Shown one piece after another: positions 1 through 13,591 of a DNA stretch of 64,000 bases. How positions within the stretch are numbered: the stretch's first letter is position 1; each line of letters opens with the position of its first letter. This DNA comes from Torpedo marmorata. Lineage: Eukaryota. A program made the position numbers and the translations under genes. The stretch spans positions 101,680,001-101,744,000 of the forward strand of contig OZ360227.1 in NCBI GenBank assembly GCA_977017645.1, given 5' to 3'. The notes beneath the pieces are model-generated. The model made no database searches. It was not told the DNA's origin and saw nothing but the letters and a program-made list of their open reading frames with translations.

Positions 1-4
1 GGAA

Positions 5-28
5 GTCACATGGCAACGCCCGTCCAAT
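5..28 (-). promoter_or_regulatory. E-box (CACATG) + 11 nt + CCAAT module, probable proximal promoter of HoxD1 (gene would lie left of the window)
   Basis: gtcacatg-gcaacgcccgt-ccaat has the same architecture and orientation as modules just upstream of HoxD2 and HoxD4; no HoxD1 coding sequence is visible in the window. Confidence 0.45.
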
Positions 29-3000
29 AACAGCACCCACAGCCAGCGCTATTCTATGGCGGTCGGAGGTCCTCCCGTATCACCGAAAGGAGTGGACTCT
101 TCAATCCACTCATCTTCCATTAGGATCGCATGAACAGCAGAACGCGCAGAGACGTTCGTTAGCCATGCAGAGGGCGATTAGCCGCAAGCCCTTTGAGAGG
201 TAAGACCTTGCTGTTAGCCGGGGTCGTTCCAACTGCTGCAGAGCAGTGAGAGTGTGGTGGTGGCGTGTACAGAGGAAGGCACTCTGACTGCTGTCAGGAA
301 TAGTTTCACGATAGAATTGCGAAAGGAGTTACTATAGTTACATAACTAAAATCAAAGATGAAGGGAGATTGACAGAACAGTGCCAAAAAGCCGTTTAAAT
401 AATTTCAGGAGTTCCTGGCAGAGTTCTATTCTTCGATTCAGCGTATGTCTAGAGTTTCTCGCAAGCAAATGCTTATTTTATATAATTTAAAGCCTTATCT
501 CTGGTTTGCGCTGTTTTCTTCACAGTATTACTTATCAACGACAAAGAAATGCTTAAGAAATATTTAAAAAGGTCGAACTGATTTTTTTTTAAAACGATCC
601 AATTGCGTTTAATAATAATGCTGATTGCGGATTTCCCAATATTAACACCAGGGCCTGCTGAACAAGTGGAGAAGCCGCTTAACTCTCTTGCTGACGATAT
701 TAAAACGAAAGATGCCGTTGTCTTTCCAATCCGAAACCTGTCAATTATCATTAATGGCATTAAAAGCAGTAAATTAATGTCAAAATTGCAATAAATGAGT
801 GACTAAAATATAATGACCTAAACTAAGAGGCTGGGATAGAAATTTGGACCTTCCTTTGCTGCCACTGACTTTTTTTTAATATCAATCCTGCTTCACGTCC
901 GGTTTTGTGACATGCGTATGATGTAAACAACCGTGATAAAAATGAAGTTCACGTAAGACAAAAAGTATTTTTAACATAAAATTGTTTTTTTTCCGAACTG
1001 CATAATTGGGTAAGAGGATTTGTAAGGAGAAATCGATGCAACAAAATAATATTTTGATTTATTTGGCAAATGTGTGAATATGTCATTCAGTGCTGTCATA
1101 TTTCCCTGGGAGAAGCTGAGTGGAAGCCATTCGCCTGTCAAAACATCCTCGAGCAATGAATATACAGTTCAGATAGAATTGTTCTTTTTAATCGGCAGGG
1201 GCAGTATGTATTCTAATTTGTTTCACTAAGTTGTTGTTGTCTTTTTAGTGTGTTAAAGCACAGAATACATTTGTTTGAAATAAATGTCTCTAACCGTATA
1301 AAAGGACTGCAAATACACGATCTGTCTGCAGTATTCTGAATTTAAAATAAGTACTTGCAGAGGGTGCGCATACTCCGTCTGTATGTGCTATTTTTTCCTA
1401 TGTCTGTCCGTCTCTCCAATTCACAAGTGAGTTCTGATCCCACTGCCTAAATTTTTAAAGTTGGCATTTCGAGTTTGTTCCTTACTTTTTGTAGTCGTAC
1501 CCCCTTGCTAGTGGATCTTAGTGATGGCTTGAGTATTGTAATAATAAGGTTGTTGTTGCTATTCTGCGGTTTGAGTAAATGGTTCGTACTGGAGACGCTT
1601 TTCCCGTCCATATTGTGGCAAGATCTAAAAAAAACTGTTATGCATAATTCAGTGCGAAGTGGGCTTTGAAAGCATAGGTTACCATGGGATTTGCAAGAGA
1701 CTAAATTCCTGCATACACAATTCAGCATATGCGCATTCCCATTCACTTCGCATTTGTCTTTCGCTAATATGCCTTTCCGTTTTTTTTGTGAAGGATATAC
1801 GTCGCATTCTAAAGTTAAAAAAAAGAAAATAATAACAGCGTATTGAAAATTGCATTTATTTCGCGTCTTTCACGTCCCAATCAAGAAGTTTCAAAACGTT
1901 TCAAAGCCAATGAAATACTTTAAGGCATAGTAAAGGTTAAAATATAGCAATAAATGTGTTCTTTATTTAAATGCAACATTAAAAACCCTTATATTGTTTC
2001 TCAGATCTATATATTTCGATACAAGCACAATCATTTTGTTCATATCGATATATTTAGATTAGTCTTGATATGCAGTGGTGAACATTTAACTGGGCTACTG
2101 TGAAGAATATGGATCCACAGTAAATGGTTATTCATTTATCCTGATATCTGTCATAGTACACGTCTGATATGATGGCGGTCACTTCTAAACACGTGTTACA
2201 TGGTCCAGTTAACATGGTACAGCTCCCAACAATTTATTTTACCGATGACCATTACATTTTATTAAATGCAATAACAAATACAAAAATAGGTTCCAACTTC
2301 CAAAATATCTTCGAATATGTATATTTTCCCACAGAAAAACAATTTTGGAAGTGTTCTGGTTTTGCTTTCTTTTGACCACTCTGCGCATGTCTGTTTTACA
2401 GTTTGATTGCTCATTTGAATAAGCAGGCAGCCCTTGAGTTTTTACTAACATTCATCGCAATTTCCCTTTTTTAAACCAATGGACAGTAATAACCCCACGT
2501 GTTTAGTTATTTCTATAAACAGGCAACTATTCTTCCTTTCAACCTCATTCTGGACTTCCTTCTGCAACTAGTTGCAATAAATTTGAAAGCGGGTTATTTG
2601 ATTTGGGCAGTATTACTCAAAAATGACTGAGGATTGCATTGTGTGGCACATTAGAAGCGGATGTCACACATATTTTATCACAGATTGTATTCACATGACT
2701 AAACTGTGTGGGACTATTCTCATCTCACACTGTGCATCTAGATTTAAAGAATGGCGCCCTTTTTCGCATTCGCGACAGTTAATCATCGGTTCACTTGATG
2801 CAGGACAGCTAAGCGCCTGACAGAGAGGATGTGGCTTTTTTCTGCAAGTACTTGGCCAACGATTTAGAGATAAAGGTTCTCCATGTACACATGTCTCGGA
2901 GTTGGCTAGGAGCTTGTATAATAGGATAACCATGTCAGTAACTTTCCCACGCTTTCTAATAAAAACCTCAATACATACGAGTTGGGGTGGGGATGGATGC

Positions 3001-5594
3001 GACCGGCATCTGCAGATGAAAGGGTCCGTTTGGAAATATAAGCATTCGCACAGTGCTGGGAGTTGTTTGGTTATTGTGCGACTTGTTAGGAACCCTGGGC
3101 TTGTCTCTGAACTAATTTTGTTTTCATTTTATTTTATCGTGATTGCGGTGAGCCTTTCTTTCTTCCTTAAGTCTTTTGATGAACACCAAAAGTATGTCAC
3201 AATTTTTTCAATCGTTGCACTTCTCCGACAGAAATAGCAATTATATATGTTTTCCATTAACTGTGCTGTTAATCGACAGGAGGAAAGGTAATGCTGTAAA
3301 TAAAATATATTGCGTTTTATACATCAGGGATTCCTTGAGCCTCCATCTATTAGTGGCACGTTTTAAAAGGTTAATGCAAATGACCCTGTACCACAAAAGC
3401 AGTCAAACATGAAAATAATTTAAGCACACGGAGCTTTCGTATCCAAGCTAGAATAGTTGATGTCCTTGAAATATCTTTACCCTCTTTAACGAGCAGTAAC
3501 GAGGGATCCAGGTTTGACGAAGGCTGGCCGTACAGAAGGATTCGTCTGTGGTGTGATTAGACTGGTGTGTTATTCGTTTTCACATTTGTTCGCTTTGGCA
3601 GCGGTTGCTGGAGGGATCCCAGCTGGCCTTGGCTTGCTTTAAAGTAGGAGGAACTGCTGTCGAGGGAAAAGTGCAGATTTCATGATTGATGAACTCTTAA
3701 CAATGCCCCGCTGACAGGCATGCATCCAGAGTGAGCTGCAAGTCTTTCAGCAGAACTCCTTATTTGCTAGTACGTTGTTTCAAATTCCGAAATTAGCCTT
3801 CCTTTTCATTTACAATTGCACTTTTACAGCCATCATGTTTGTAAAATAAACGGAAATAGTGGTTGTAAATATACCAGCTAGTTGTCAATATAATCATGAA
3901 ATATGATGACTGATTTTTCTGTCACGTGACCGTTCCTTGCGGATTCCTGGAGCGCTGCTGTTTATTACCAAGCGCAGTAAACAATGATCTCACGTATTGT
4001 TTATATTTGGAGTTGGAGTTTAATATTTTTGGAAAACATACCTTGTTTTCTACTAATTAAAACAGTAAAAATCTTCATACGCTGTGTCAAAGGGTCACTT
4101 GTAACTATGAATAAAGCTGGACGGAATGAGTTTACTGCGGTGGAAGGAAAGCACAACATGTTGAGTTGGAGAAAGAATTAAATGAATTTATTGCTAATTT
4201 CATCAGCATTAAATGCAGATGGAAAAATACATTACGATTAAATTACTGAAACATGTTTAGTATTTTTGATATAATATTCAAGAAATTTACAGAGGTTGAA
4301 TAATTTCTTTTCAATTTATAGTTTCTAATAGTACCAAATATGTAATTAATTAAATGAGTGTGCATTGACGTCTTCACGTAAATAACACTTTTAAATAAAA
4401 AACCGTTGCTACTTCAATATAATGGCAGTTTATCCTGAAATGTGAAACGATATACCGTTTGAACAATAAAATGCATGATCCTGCCTATTATGTAAAAAAA
4501 ACACACCTAAGAAGGTTAGAGTATTCAGAGAACGGCGTTTTCTCTGGTTAAAAATAAAGACATAAAAGGATTTTTGAAAAATAAATATTTATTGGGCTTT
4601 ACAAATATGCATTGTGGGCGTTCCAAAGCGCAATGCTGGCACAGTCAACTCCGTGTGGGCGTGTTAAGGATTTTTAAAAGTTTTTTTTCCCCGAAATAGC
4701 GTATTATTTGTTTGCTGCTCCAGGGAGGTGGATGTTTTATAAAACACGTATTCATCTCCAGAATCAGGAAAACGATTTGCACCTTGACTTGGAAATAACC
4801 CTTGAATTTCTGGCTTAGACTGTGACGTGTTTTATTCATTTTTTAATCAGTTTTAAGCCATTATCATGTGCAATAAATTTCGAGAAATTATGAATTCAAT
4901 TGATAAATGACTCGGGGAAATATTTTCGAGAATACAAAAGCGTTTAAATTCAGTTTTTTTAATTGCTCTGCAGGGCCGATCTTATCAACTGCTGCTCATT
5001 ACATAGAAATGTTCCCGTTTGTTACAATCTGATCTTTACCATTCCAGTTTTTATTTGGCGAAGAAAGGCACAACATTTGGAAATACAGATAAAACGTTCA
5101 ATGCGCTAACCAAGCCAGAAATTATACACCATAAAGTAATGATGGCTACCTGAAGTACGATTTGATTTATTTTGTAATTCATTCAGCGCTGGAGATTTCT
5201 TCAGATTTTGTTTATATTTCCAGATGTCATAAATTTCTTCGGAGGGACTCTAGTTAGATCATGGCAATCCAGTTATTTCTGGAGCCTTTGTTCTACCATC
5301 TCTTCTAAATGGATACTATATATTTGACGATTCAGCTGCTAAATTGAATTAGTCTAACAAAATGGCGTCTTTCCTTGGTCATCGTTCGCTTGGGGTTGCT
5401 CAGAATTTTCTTTAAGAACAACATTCTTGATCGTATATATCTTCATGCGAATGATCAGGATCTCTCGGACTTTTTGGACTTTAAACATCAGAAGTATCCT
5501 TGATGTTTAAAAAAATTCCACAACAGAGCTAGAAAAATCAATCCTATAGTAATTTCTAAACCTGATTTCAAAACACTATGTTAAGGTAAGTAAG

Positions 5595-5677
5595 TAAAAC
5601 ACGAAAATCTGTAGACACCGTGGTTGAAGTAAAAAACACAAATGCTGGAGAAACTCAGCAGGTCAAACAGTGTCTGG
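5595..5677. mobile_element. Truncated copy of palindromic (probably Penelope-derived) repeat
   Basis: About 80 bp identical to the start of the 9609 copy (aaaacacgaaaatctgtagacaccgtggttgaag...ggtcaaacagtgtc); flanked by 13-bp direct repeat taaggtaagtaag (5582-5594, 5678-5690). Confidence 0.85.
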
Positions 5678-6302
5678 TAAGGTAAGTAAGCCTGGAAGCA
5701 GTCCCACAATTTCTAATTAATGCATTTTCTATCACAATGGATCGTTCTGTTAAAAACAACCATATTTTTTAACACAATCAGTGAATTTTGTTTCAGCCAG
5801 AGTACAATTATAGTTAACGTTGTTTGCTTGCTGGTTGATATTTTTTCTTTTGTTATTTTCCAGGAATATTGCTGATTTGGAATTTGGACTGAGGCAGATC
5901 ATCCCTTGGGTTGAACGTGATCAGCAGTGTCAGGACAGGCTATTCAAATGCCATACTTTGTTTATATTTGCATATTTTTATGTTGATACTTTTATACACA
6001 AACCTAATATATAATGTGTTTCTTAAGAACGTAATTCGTTTTGTAAATATGCAATATTTGTAATATTTATATTATTCAAAATAAAATATTGAAAATACTT
6101 TTCTTTCTTGCACTTCATTAAATTTGTCATTGTTTTCATTTATGGCACGTTACAGGGTTGAGCTGAAGGTCCATAGTTGATTATATCTTGGACCAAGAGG
6201 CTTGTAACAAATGGCATGACTTTCCAATTAGTTCGTAGTTACTGGAAATGGTACGCATTTATGTATCTCGGCAGAGTATGTTTGCATAAGCTGAAATTCA
6301 AA

Positions 6303-7042
6303 CTAAAACTCCAGCTGCTGCAAATCAGAGGAACCAAAATTGTCACTTAAAAAGTCAAACACATTGGACGGAATAATTAGCGTGTCTTCATTTTCCAACA
6401 AAGACATTTGAGATAATTCTACCAAATCTGGACGGGGTTCGATTGTAATTTTGTCTAAATCCTCCAGAGATGGGATACTGAAACTCTCCGGACTGCTAGG
6501 GCTTGTTCCAGCTGAGCAGTTCTTCAGCAGAGGTAGCAGGCAGTCTGTTTCATCTGAACTCTGAGGGAAAGTATGGCTCTGGGCTCCCTCAGTGGGGATC
6601 AGAGAAGTGCCAACAACACTGAGTAGATCACTGCTGATATCACTCAATGTATCTTTTTGTGTACAACCACAAATATCTTGCTTTGTAATGTTTTCACTCT
6701 CTAATGGATTCAAAGATTTATTTACAGGTGTCTCAAAACTTCTGATGTAAAATCCACTCTGATTATTGTTGGCAAAATGGCGCTTTGAATCAGCGATTTG
6801 GCTTTGTTTGAATCGAGTTTGTCTCTTGTGTTTCATACGTCTGTTCTGAAACCAGACTTTGACTTGCCTTTCTGTTAAATCGAGGAGAGTTGCGATTTCT
6901 ACCCTCCGTGGTCTACAAAGGTATCTGTTGTAATGAAATTCCTTCTCAAGCTCCAATAGCTGAGTGTTAGTGTAAGTGGTTCGTAGTCTCCTGGAGCTGT
7001 CAAAAGGACTCCCGTTATCTGGCTCATTAAGCTCTTCATTTT
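6303..7042 (-). CDS. hoxd2: HoxD2 exon 2 (homeodomain)
   Basis: [59 protein letters not shown] is a PG2 homeodomain; acceptor ttttctttgcttgttacag; ends DLQQLEF-TAG; joined CDS 361 aa. Confidence 0.95.
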
Positions 7043-7402
7043 CTGTAACAAGCAAAGAAAAGTCTCAAAAATCACCACAATTTTCACCAAATAACCCAGC
7101 AACATAAAATGGCCGTCTCCGTGACACAGAAGCTTTCCTTTTAAGTAATGGCCCAGGCAGAGCAATAGAAAGATGACACAGATGTTTGTCTGCCGTATAG
7201 TCCAGTTGTGGGTAATTACACGAGATCGGGAATTTGTTACCCTCTGAATATTGTTGGGGGAAGGCATCAACATTTTGTGGGTATGACATCTTTCAATCAA
7301 TTAAACGTTTCCTTCAGTTTCAAATTGATCTTTGTTTAAAAAGCACCACGATCTCTGAACACAAAATTAAAAAAAAATACAAATAAATATTATTGACCCA
7401 AC

Positions 7403-7748
7403 CTTCATTAGATGAGCAAGACGAGAATGATCCTGGCGCATGGACTGTTTTTTTCTTGTGGTTTTTCTTTTCTTTCATCCACGGATATTCCAGAGGTTTG
7501 TCCCCTAACGTGGCCCGACCAATGCCTTTTGAAGTGTGGGTTTTCCCATTTTGGTGTGTGTTACCAGGGTCCAAGCTGCAGAAGCTTTGCTCAAAAGGAG
7601 GAGGAATCAGTGTCGAATGTGAAAGCATCGAGTTCTTGATTGATGAACTTTGAAATGTCTCGCTTACAGGAGGAAAGGATGTCAGGCACTCGGCAAGCGA
7701 TGGCTCACTATTGATAAAACCAACCTCTCGCTCAAATTCGTTGTTCAT
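7403..7748 (-). CDS. hoxd2: HoxD2 exon 1
   Basis: [29 protein letters not shown]2 N-terminus, EYPWMKEKK hexapeptide; donor GAAG|GTTGGG, phase 1 matches exon 2. Confidence 0.93.
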
Positions 7749-7907
7749 TTCTGCTCGGGCAGAATCGGAAGAAAATTGCTTATTTGACAATTTCTGAAAA
7801 TGTATATTTATGAAATATACTGATTGCAAACTCTAAGGGGCCGTGCTATTATTAAACTATGTCTATTGAATACACGGTCACGCCGTTGAGATGAGGCTGT
7901 TTTTATC

Positions 7908-7930
7908 GTCACATGATCGTCTTAACCAAT
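7908..7930 (-). promoter_or_regulatory. HoxD2 proximal E-box + 10 nt + CCAAT module
   Basis: cacatg-atcgtcttaa-ccaat about 160 bp upstream of the ATG. Confidence 0.6.
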
Positions 7931-8479
7931 GACAAGAGTGGAAAATAAGACCGGCTTTCTCAATGATTCTGAAATAAAATATAGAAAGGTGTAGGTAACA
8001 TTTGCTGGGCCTTCTGCAGGTCAGATTATATAATGTAAGGCAATGAGGAAACGGTTTACTCAGGTAGAAATGTACGACTACAAATGATTCTTCTCTTGGT
8101 GGGTGGCTGCATCATGAAGCAGTAAAGAGAACTCATGTCTGCAGCCCTGCCAACAAATGCATGGAGTGGAATAATAAACGACAAATCAATTAATCGTCAG
8201 AGCTGTGATAAACTTCACAAGACCCTTCTTCTCGAAGAATGAACACAGGCTGTGGTCAAAGCAGCATCTTATACATTGAAGCTAGCATAGCCAAACAGCG
8301 GAATTGCTTTCAGATACACCCTGGATTTTACGATGAATATAAAAACTAGCATGGTAAACATTTCCAACTTTCCTTTCCTTTTCCCCCTTTGGGTCTTTAG
8401 AAATTGTTTTAATTAAGCAATTTATTCGTTATCTGTACAGTCTCAACAAGTACCATCCAACTTACCCCATCTGGAGCAG

Positions 8480-8700
8480 CACGCCCTGTTTATAAATGAC
8501 TCCTTATTCATGTTATTTGTTGCTTTCATAAACAGCCACAAGCCATTTTTTATATCTTTGTGAAGCCACATCTCGGGGATTCTCTCTGAATACAGCTGTC
8601 GCGATTTACGAGCTTTCCACATTTGACAATATGTGTAAATTATTTGCCATTTAAACCCCTAGGCTGTGCATTCTATGATACATTATTGGCAAATTAGTAA
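8480..8700. promoter_or_regulatory. Candidate enhancer upstream of HoxD2 (Hox/Cdx, TALE, YY1-like motifs)
   Basis: Cluster of tttataaa, cataaa, gccatttt, gatttacga, ctgtc/tgaca motifs; conservation not testable here. Confidence 0.35.
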
Positions 8701-9608
8701 GCACAATATTTGTATTTTTTTTCGCTCACATGCACAGAATGTTTCGAGTTCAAAAATCAGTCGACATGAAACGTTGCATTTCTTTGTGTAATTCTAGCGA
8801 CTCTGTCTTAGCTTTCAGAAATGAATGAGTGGGTGACTTCTTTCTACGAGAAAGACAATATTTGGCATTTTTTACCGTGTAGGTGGAAGAAGAGGAAAAC
8901 AAGCCTGAAGGACCCTTTCCAGCGTTGGCTTCAGTAACCACAAGCCGCTGAAGAGTTCTCTGTTGTGCATTATAATCTACACTGCATCCCGATCTAGTAC
9001 GAGCTTGCCACTAGAAGTGTTATTATGAAATAAATCAAATGAGTAAAAGTAAATTAAATTACATTGAGAACATTTAAAGTGCTCCACTAGCTTTCTGGTG
9101 CAACGATGTTCCTCAAAAGGTAGATAGATTCTTGTCTTCCGCAAAGCGCTAATTGTTTCAAATCTGCGCACCCTTGAAAAGTAAACGATTTATTTGCCAC
9201 TTAAAATCGGGACATGCACTTTTTTCACTGCATGGGATGGATATCAGTGTCCCTGCTCAGATTGTCACAAAATGGCGGTGCATGGGTCGAGTTGCGGGTG
9301 ACTGGTGTGGAAAGAGACGGCAGCCCGGGAGCTGCCTCGGCTCACGCAGGCACTCACTGCTCTGCGCAGCACTGGGTTAATTGACCCTGGCAGCATCGGG
9401 CGAAGCAGAGTAACAGTGTCTCCCCAACACAGTCTTATTCTTTAAATTAATTACGACGAGCTGTGAAAATGTGGACAACCTTTAAATTGCAACGTTATTT
9501 TCCAAATTAACTTTATCGTTAAATGTATAACACTGGAAATATTTAACATGGCACAAACACCAAATATTTAAGAAAAGTAAAAGATAGACAGGATTCATTA
9601 AGGTAATT

Positions 9609-9880
9609 AAAACACGAAAATCTGTAGACACCGTGGTTGAAGTAAAAAACACAAATGCTGGAGAAACTCAGCAGGTCAAACAGTGTCTTTTATGTAGCAA
9701 AGGTAGAAATACATAACCGACGTTTCGGGCTTGAGCCCTTCATCAAAGAATGAGAAAATGCCGGCAGGCATTTTCTCATACTTTGATGAAGGGCTCAAGC
9801 CCGAAACGTCGGTTATGTATTTCTACCTTTGCTACATAAAAGACACTGTTTGACCTGCTGAGTTTCTCCAGCATTTGTGT
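9609..9880. mobile_element. Palindromic non-autonomous element (probably Penelope-derived) with ~110-bp inverted arms and hammerhead-like cores
   Basis: 9649-9762 is the near-perfect reverse complement of 9768-9880; 14-15 bp direct repeat (t)tcattaaggtaatt at 9594-9608 and 9880-9894; ttgatga-a-gggc-tcaa-gccc-gaaac motif on both strands. Confidence 0.85.
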
Positions 9881-11052
9881 TCATTAAGGTAATTGATGGA
9901 TGATATTGTTCTCCGCTCCAATTATATCCTGCTGTTTTGCCACATTTCTTCTCTTCCTCTCCTCCATTCTTTCTGTTTCCACCTTGTTATTTTGTCTATC
10001 CGTCTCTTAACAATTCTTTTGGATGTATCAACATTACATTTCTAGGTGAAACAACAAGTCATACATATCAAATGATGTCGCATTTGAACATGACAGTATA
10101 TCGTTTGGCAAATGCACATAACACAGAAGGCAGCTCTGCACAAACAGCTCAGACCCCAACCTTTGACTGCAGTCAGCTTGTGGTGTATTAATGAGAAGTG
10201 CAGAGACAAGATGGCGAGGCATAAAGATAGTGCGGTGCATTCATAAATGAAGGCTACATGTTTATTCAAAGAACACGTTTTATTCTAAATATCTGTTGAA
10301 ATAGTACCAGACAGTTGAAATAAAGTAATTCTTATAGAAATGTGTTGTCTATTCTGCAGTGTCACATTTTCTCTGATTCACTATAGTCATAATTTACAAT
10401 TTGCTTTTGGAGATAATCCTTACATAATCTACAAACACCAGCCACTGATACAACTGCTCAAAAACTATCCTCTCATCTAGTTTAAACCCAGGTTTACTAA
10501 AGAGGAGAAATATGATTGTAACACATGGATCAAACAGGTCAAAGTTAGATTGCATAAGCTCTATAAATTTCACATAAATACATTAAGACAAGGATAAATA
10601 AGTGATAGACAAATCTTTTTTGATATTGGTTTAAAATAATAAATACATATCAATGATGTTGAATGCAGATTGTTCATTTCTGAAAAATACATTGTGAGGT
10701 TGTGGGCAGTAAGACCAATCACAGACAGAATACCACCAAAGTGGTCTGCTTAGAACACTAGTCTTTAAAATTCACATTAAGAAGGGTTTTCTGAAGACTG
10801 ACTTTGTATTTCTTACCTTCAAAGCACCTATTTCACGCAATTCTTCCTCTATTTGAATTCTGTATTATGCTAGGATCAAAGTGAAAAGGATGGACAATGT
10901 GTAGACACTTAAATAAACACAGAAACATAATGTGGAAGATAGAAAATGAGTGATGAACAAATACTGTGGCAGTCTCATAGCAGGAGAATATCTGATACAA
11001 ATGAGGTAATAAAAAAGCGAAGTAGCATCGCTTGGCAGACCTTGCTAGTCCA

Positions 11053-11801
11053 TTACAGATGTGTTAGTTTGGGTGCTTCTTGAATTCTTCCCTGAGGTGT
11101 GTGATGAGTAGTCAGGTCTGTATATGTGGGATGGGGATCACATGGTCCATGGTGATGATTGCCTGGTATTTGAGCAGCACAACTATAGTCCACAGTGGCA
11201 GATGAAGGATGAGGAAGATGGCTAAGGTTGAACATTGGACCAGAAGCTGGCATTGAATCAACAAAGTTCCCTCCAACATACACAGGGCTGCCTTGCAAAT
11301 TATGGTTGGCAAAGCTACCATTGCCCTGCATAGTATGATGGTCATACTCTGAGCCTGGATACCTTTTCTGCTGGGGTAAACAGCTATTAAGGGGTGCTGT
11401 GTAAGCAGCCAAGCCATACATACTTTGTTGAGATTTGGTGAAAGATGTTGGAGAATGAGCTTCGTAATTCAAACTGTTGACAGTAGGGAGCTGGTTTGAG
11501 AATCCAATATTATTTGGAACATTTAAAAGTGGACTTCTGTCTGGAGACTGTCCAACAGGCGAGTGCATGATCCCTTTGGCCTTTTGATCTTTTTTGTACT
11601 TCATTCTTCTGTTTTGGAACCAAATCTTTATCTGTCGTTCAGTTAGATTTAATAAATTTGCCATTTCAACTCGACGAGGACGACACAGGTAACGATTAAA
11701 ATGAAACTCCTTTTCCAGTTCAACCAATTGTGCACTGGTATAGGCTGTACGAACTCTCTTGGAGGCTGGACCTGGTGGGCTTTTATCCTCACAATTGTCT
11801 C
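11053..11801 (-). CDS. hoxd3: HoxD3 exon 2 (homeodomain)
   Basis: [71 protein letters not shown]-terminus [10 protein letters not shown]; acceptor attctatag; joined CDS 407 aa. Confidence 0.97.
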
Positions 11802-13116
11802 CTATAGAATGAAGATATATTAATATCTTTACATAAACATGCATTCTTCACATAAATCTCTGCAGTATAATTCCCTAACATGGAACTACTATGTTTATGA
11901 AAAAAATTCTTTAACCATTTTTTTACTCCACTATGATATTCAGGCAGAGCTGATTGTAGCCGTTAAATGATAAGTACAGTAACATTCCAACATTTTCCAT
12001 ACTTCTAGCATATTCCACTGTTGATAAGAACTTTGGGATATACTGGGCCCATGTCATGACATGATATGTACTGTAAACATAAATTGTTCAATTTCATTCA
12101 TGCCTGCTCCAAATGCTAAATGCAGGTTTGGGAGTTTCCACCAGAAATGTCATTAACATGACAAAATATTACTTTTGTGTGAATTAATTTCAATAAGAAT
12201 ATTTATGTAAGAAATTACCATGATTATTGCAATATAAGACTTGCTTATTGTTGTTCCCAGCTTGCATTTAGCCTGTCTGATGAAAGTAATCTGTCAGATG
12301 GTTACCTTCAAATCTTGTCAAAAGGAAGTAATATGAAGGAAAAGAAAAGGTCCTGTTTATAGATAGTTTGGAAATTAAAAGTCAGTTGCCATGGAAAATA
12401 TGATGCTATCACTTCTAATCGGGATGTGCATTTATTTTGTTGTCAATATTGAACCGGGTATAGCTATTGCCATTTAAATCATAGTTATAGCAAATGGGAG
12501 TACCCAAGAGAATGCAATTTGGATATGGTATGTTTTCCATAGCAAATTATGTATACCAAGGTCAAATATTTTCAACCTTCTGCATATTCAGGCATTGTGT
12601 ATGAGGGAAAATATAAGCTAAGTTTAAATGTATTCACATCAATGGGGATACAAAAGAGATACAAACAAATTCTTTATATTCATGTATTTTGTTGGAGTCT
12701 TGTTCACTTTTGGCTGCACTCACTGAGATCAAATAGAATTATTTGAGCCATATTCTTTCATTGCATAAATTAGAATTTCACCCCACAAGGTCCAGGATAC
12801 AAACAGAAAGATCTTCACTTTTTAAAGTTCCTGTCAATTCCCATTTTCCTGATTAATTATCTCAGGAAATGTTTTTTTTTTCAACTAGACATATATTTTA
12901 GTTTGTCCATATCATTTCTGAGATTACTAACTGCAAGAAAATTTACAGAATGTTGTCAAAAATCTCTGGGTGATTCTTTTACCTTTGCCAGGCATTGGCT
13001 GCAAAATAAAAGGAAACTATTTCCATCCACATGTGACATTCTTTCATAATCTTTCCGATTTTTAAGAAGCTCAATGCAGTTTAAAGTTGAGAAAAAAATG
13101 AACTGCTAAAAGATAC

Positions 13117-13591
13117 CTGCAACTGTGCAGTTGTTTTTCTGCTTGGCATTTTGACGCGATTCTTTCATCCATGGGAAGATTTGCTTGGTAAGCGTAGCTG
13201 CTGGGCTGGTGGAAGAATTTGGAATGGACTTGGTTCTTTTCTGTGCTGCAGTGTTGCTTCCATTGGGCGAGGGTGGCAAAGGAGGTGGCTGTTGTGGCTC
13301 ACTGATGTTTGAAAGTTGGACAGTGCCTTGACTGCCACTTGTTCTCATGCAGCTGCCATTTATGTCGCTGGGCTTATGGGTTGGGGGTCTGGCACTGGAT
13401 GGGCACGTTGAGTTCTGATAATCATTGTCAACTGATGATGGTGGGTAGGCTGGATGACTGGAGCTGTAGTTGTATGTATTGGATTTTTGGTAGGAGTAAC
13501 CACTAAATATTCCAGAATTGTCATAATAAGTTGTTTTTTGCATCTCGCTAGTTTGAAATGACAGGGTCTTGACACCCTTATCGAATAGCAT
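13117..13591 (-). CDS. hoxd3: HoxD3 coding exon 1
   Basis: MLFDKG...MQKTTYYDN (HoxD3-type extension; second ATG at 13543), QIFPWMKESRQN; donor GCAG|GTATCT; an upstream acceptor ttgttttag at 13709-13710 suggests non-coding 5' exons. Confidence 0.95.

Noticed and set aside
1-6300. HoxD1 coding sequence
   Set aside because: No PG1 homeobox or N-terminal motif seen; only a promoter-like module at the left edge
7065-7300. 74-aa and 133-aa ORFs in the HoxD2 intron, with an AG|ATG at 7289
   Set aside because: Splicing exon 1 to 7289 gives a stop after 7 codons, the polypyrimidine tract is poor, and there is no recognisable protein similarity; the 7042 acceptor gives the correct frame
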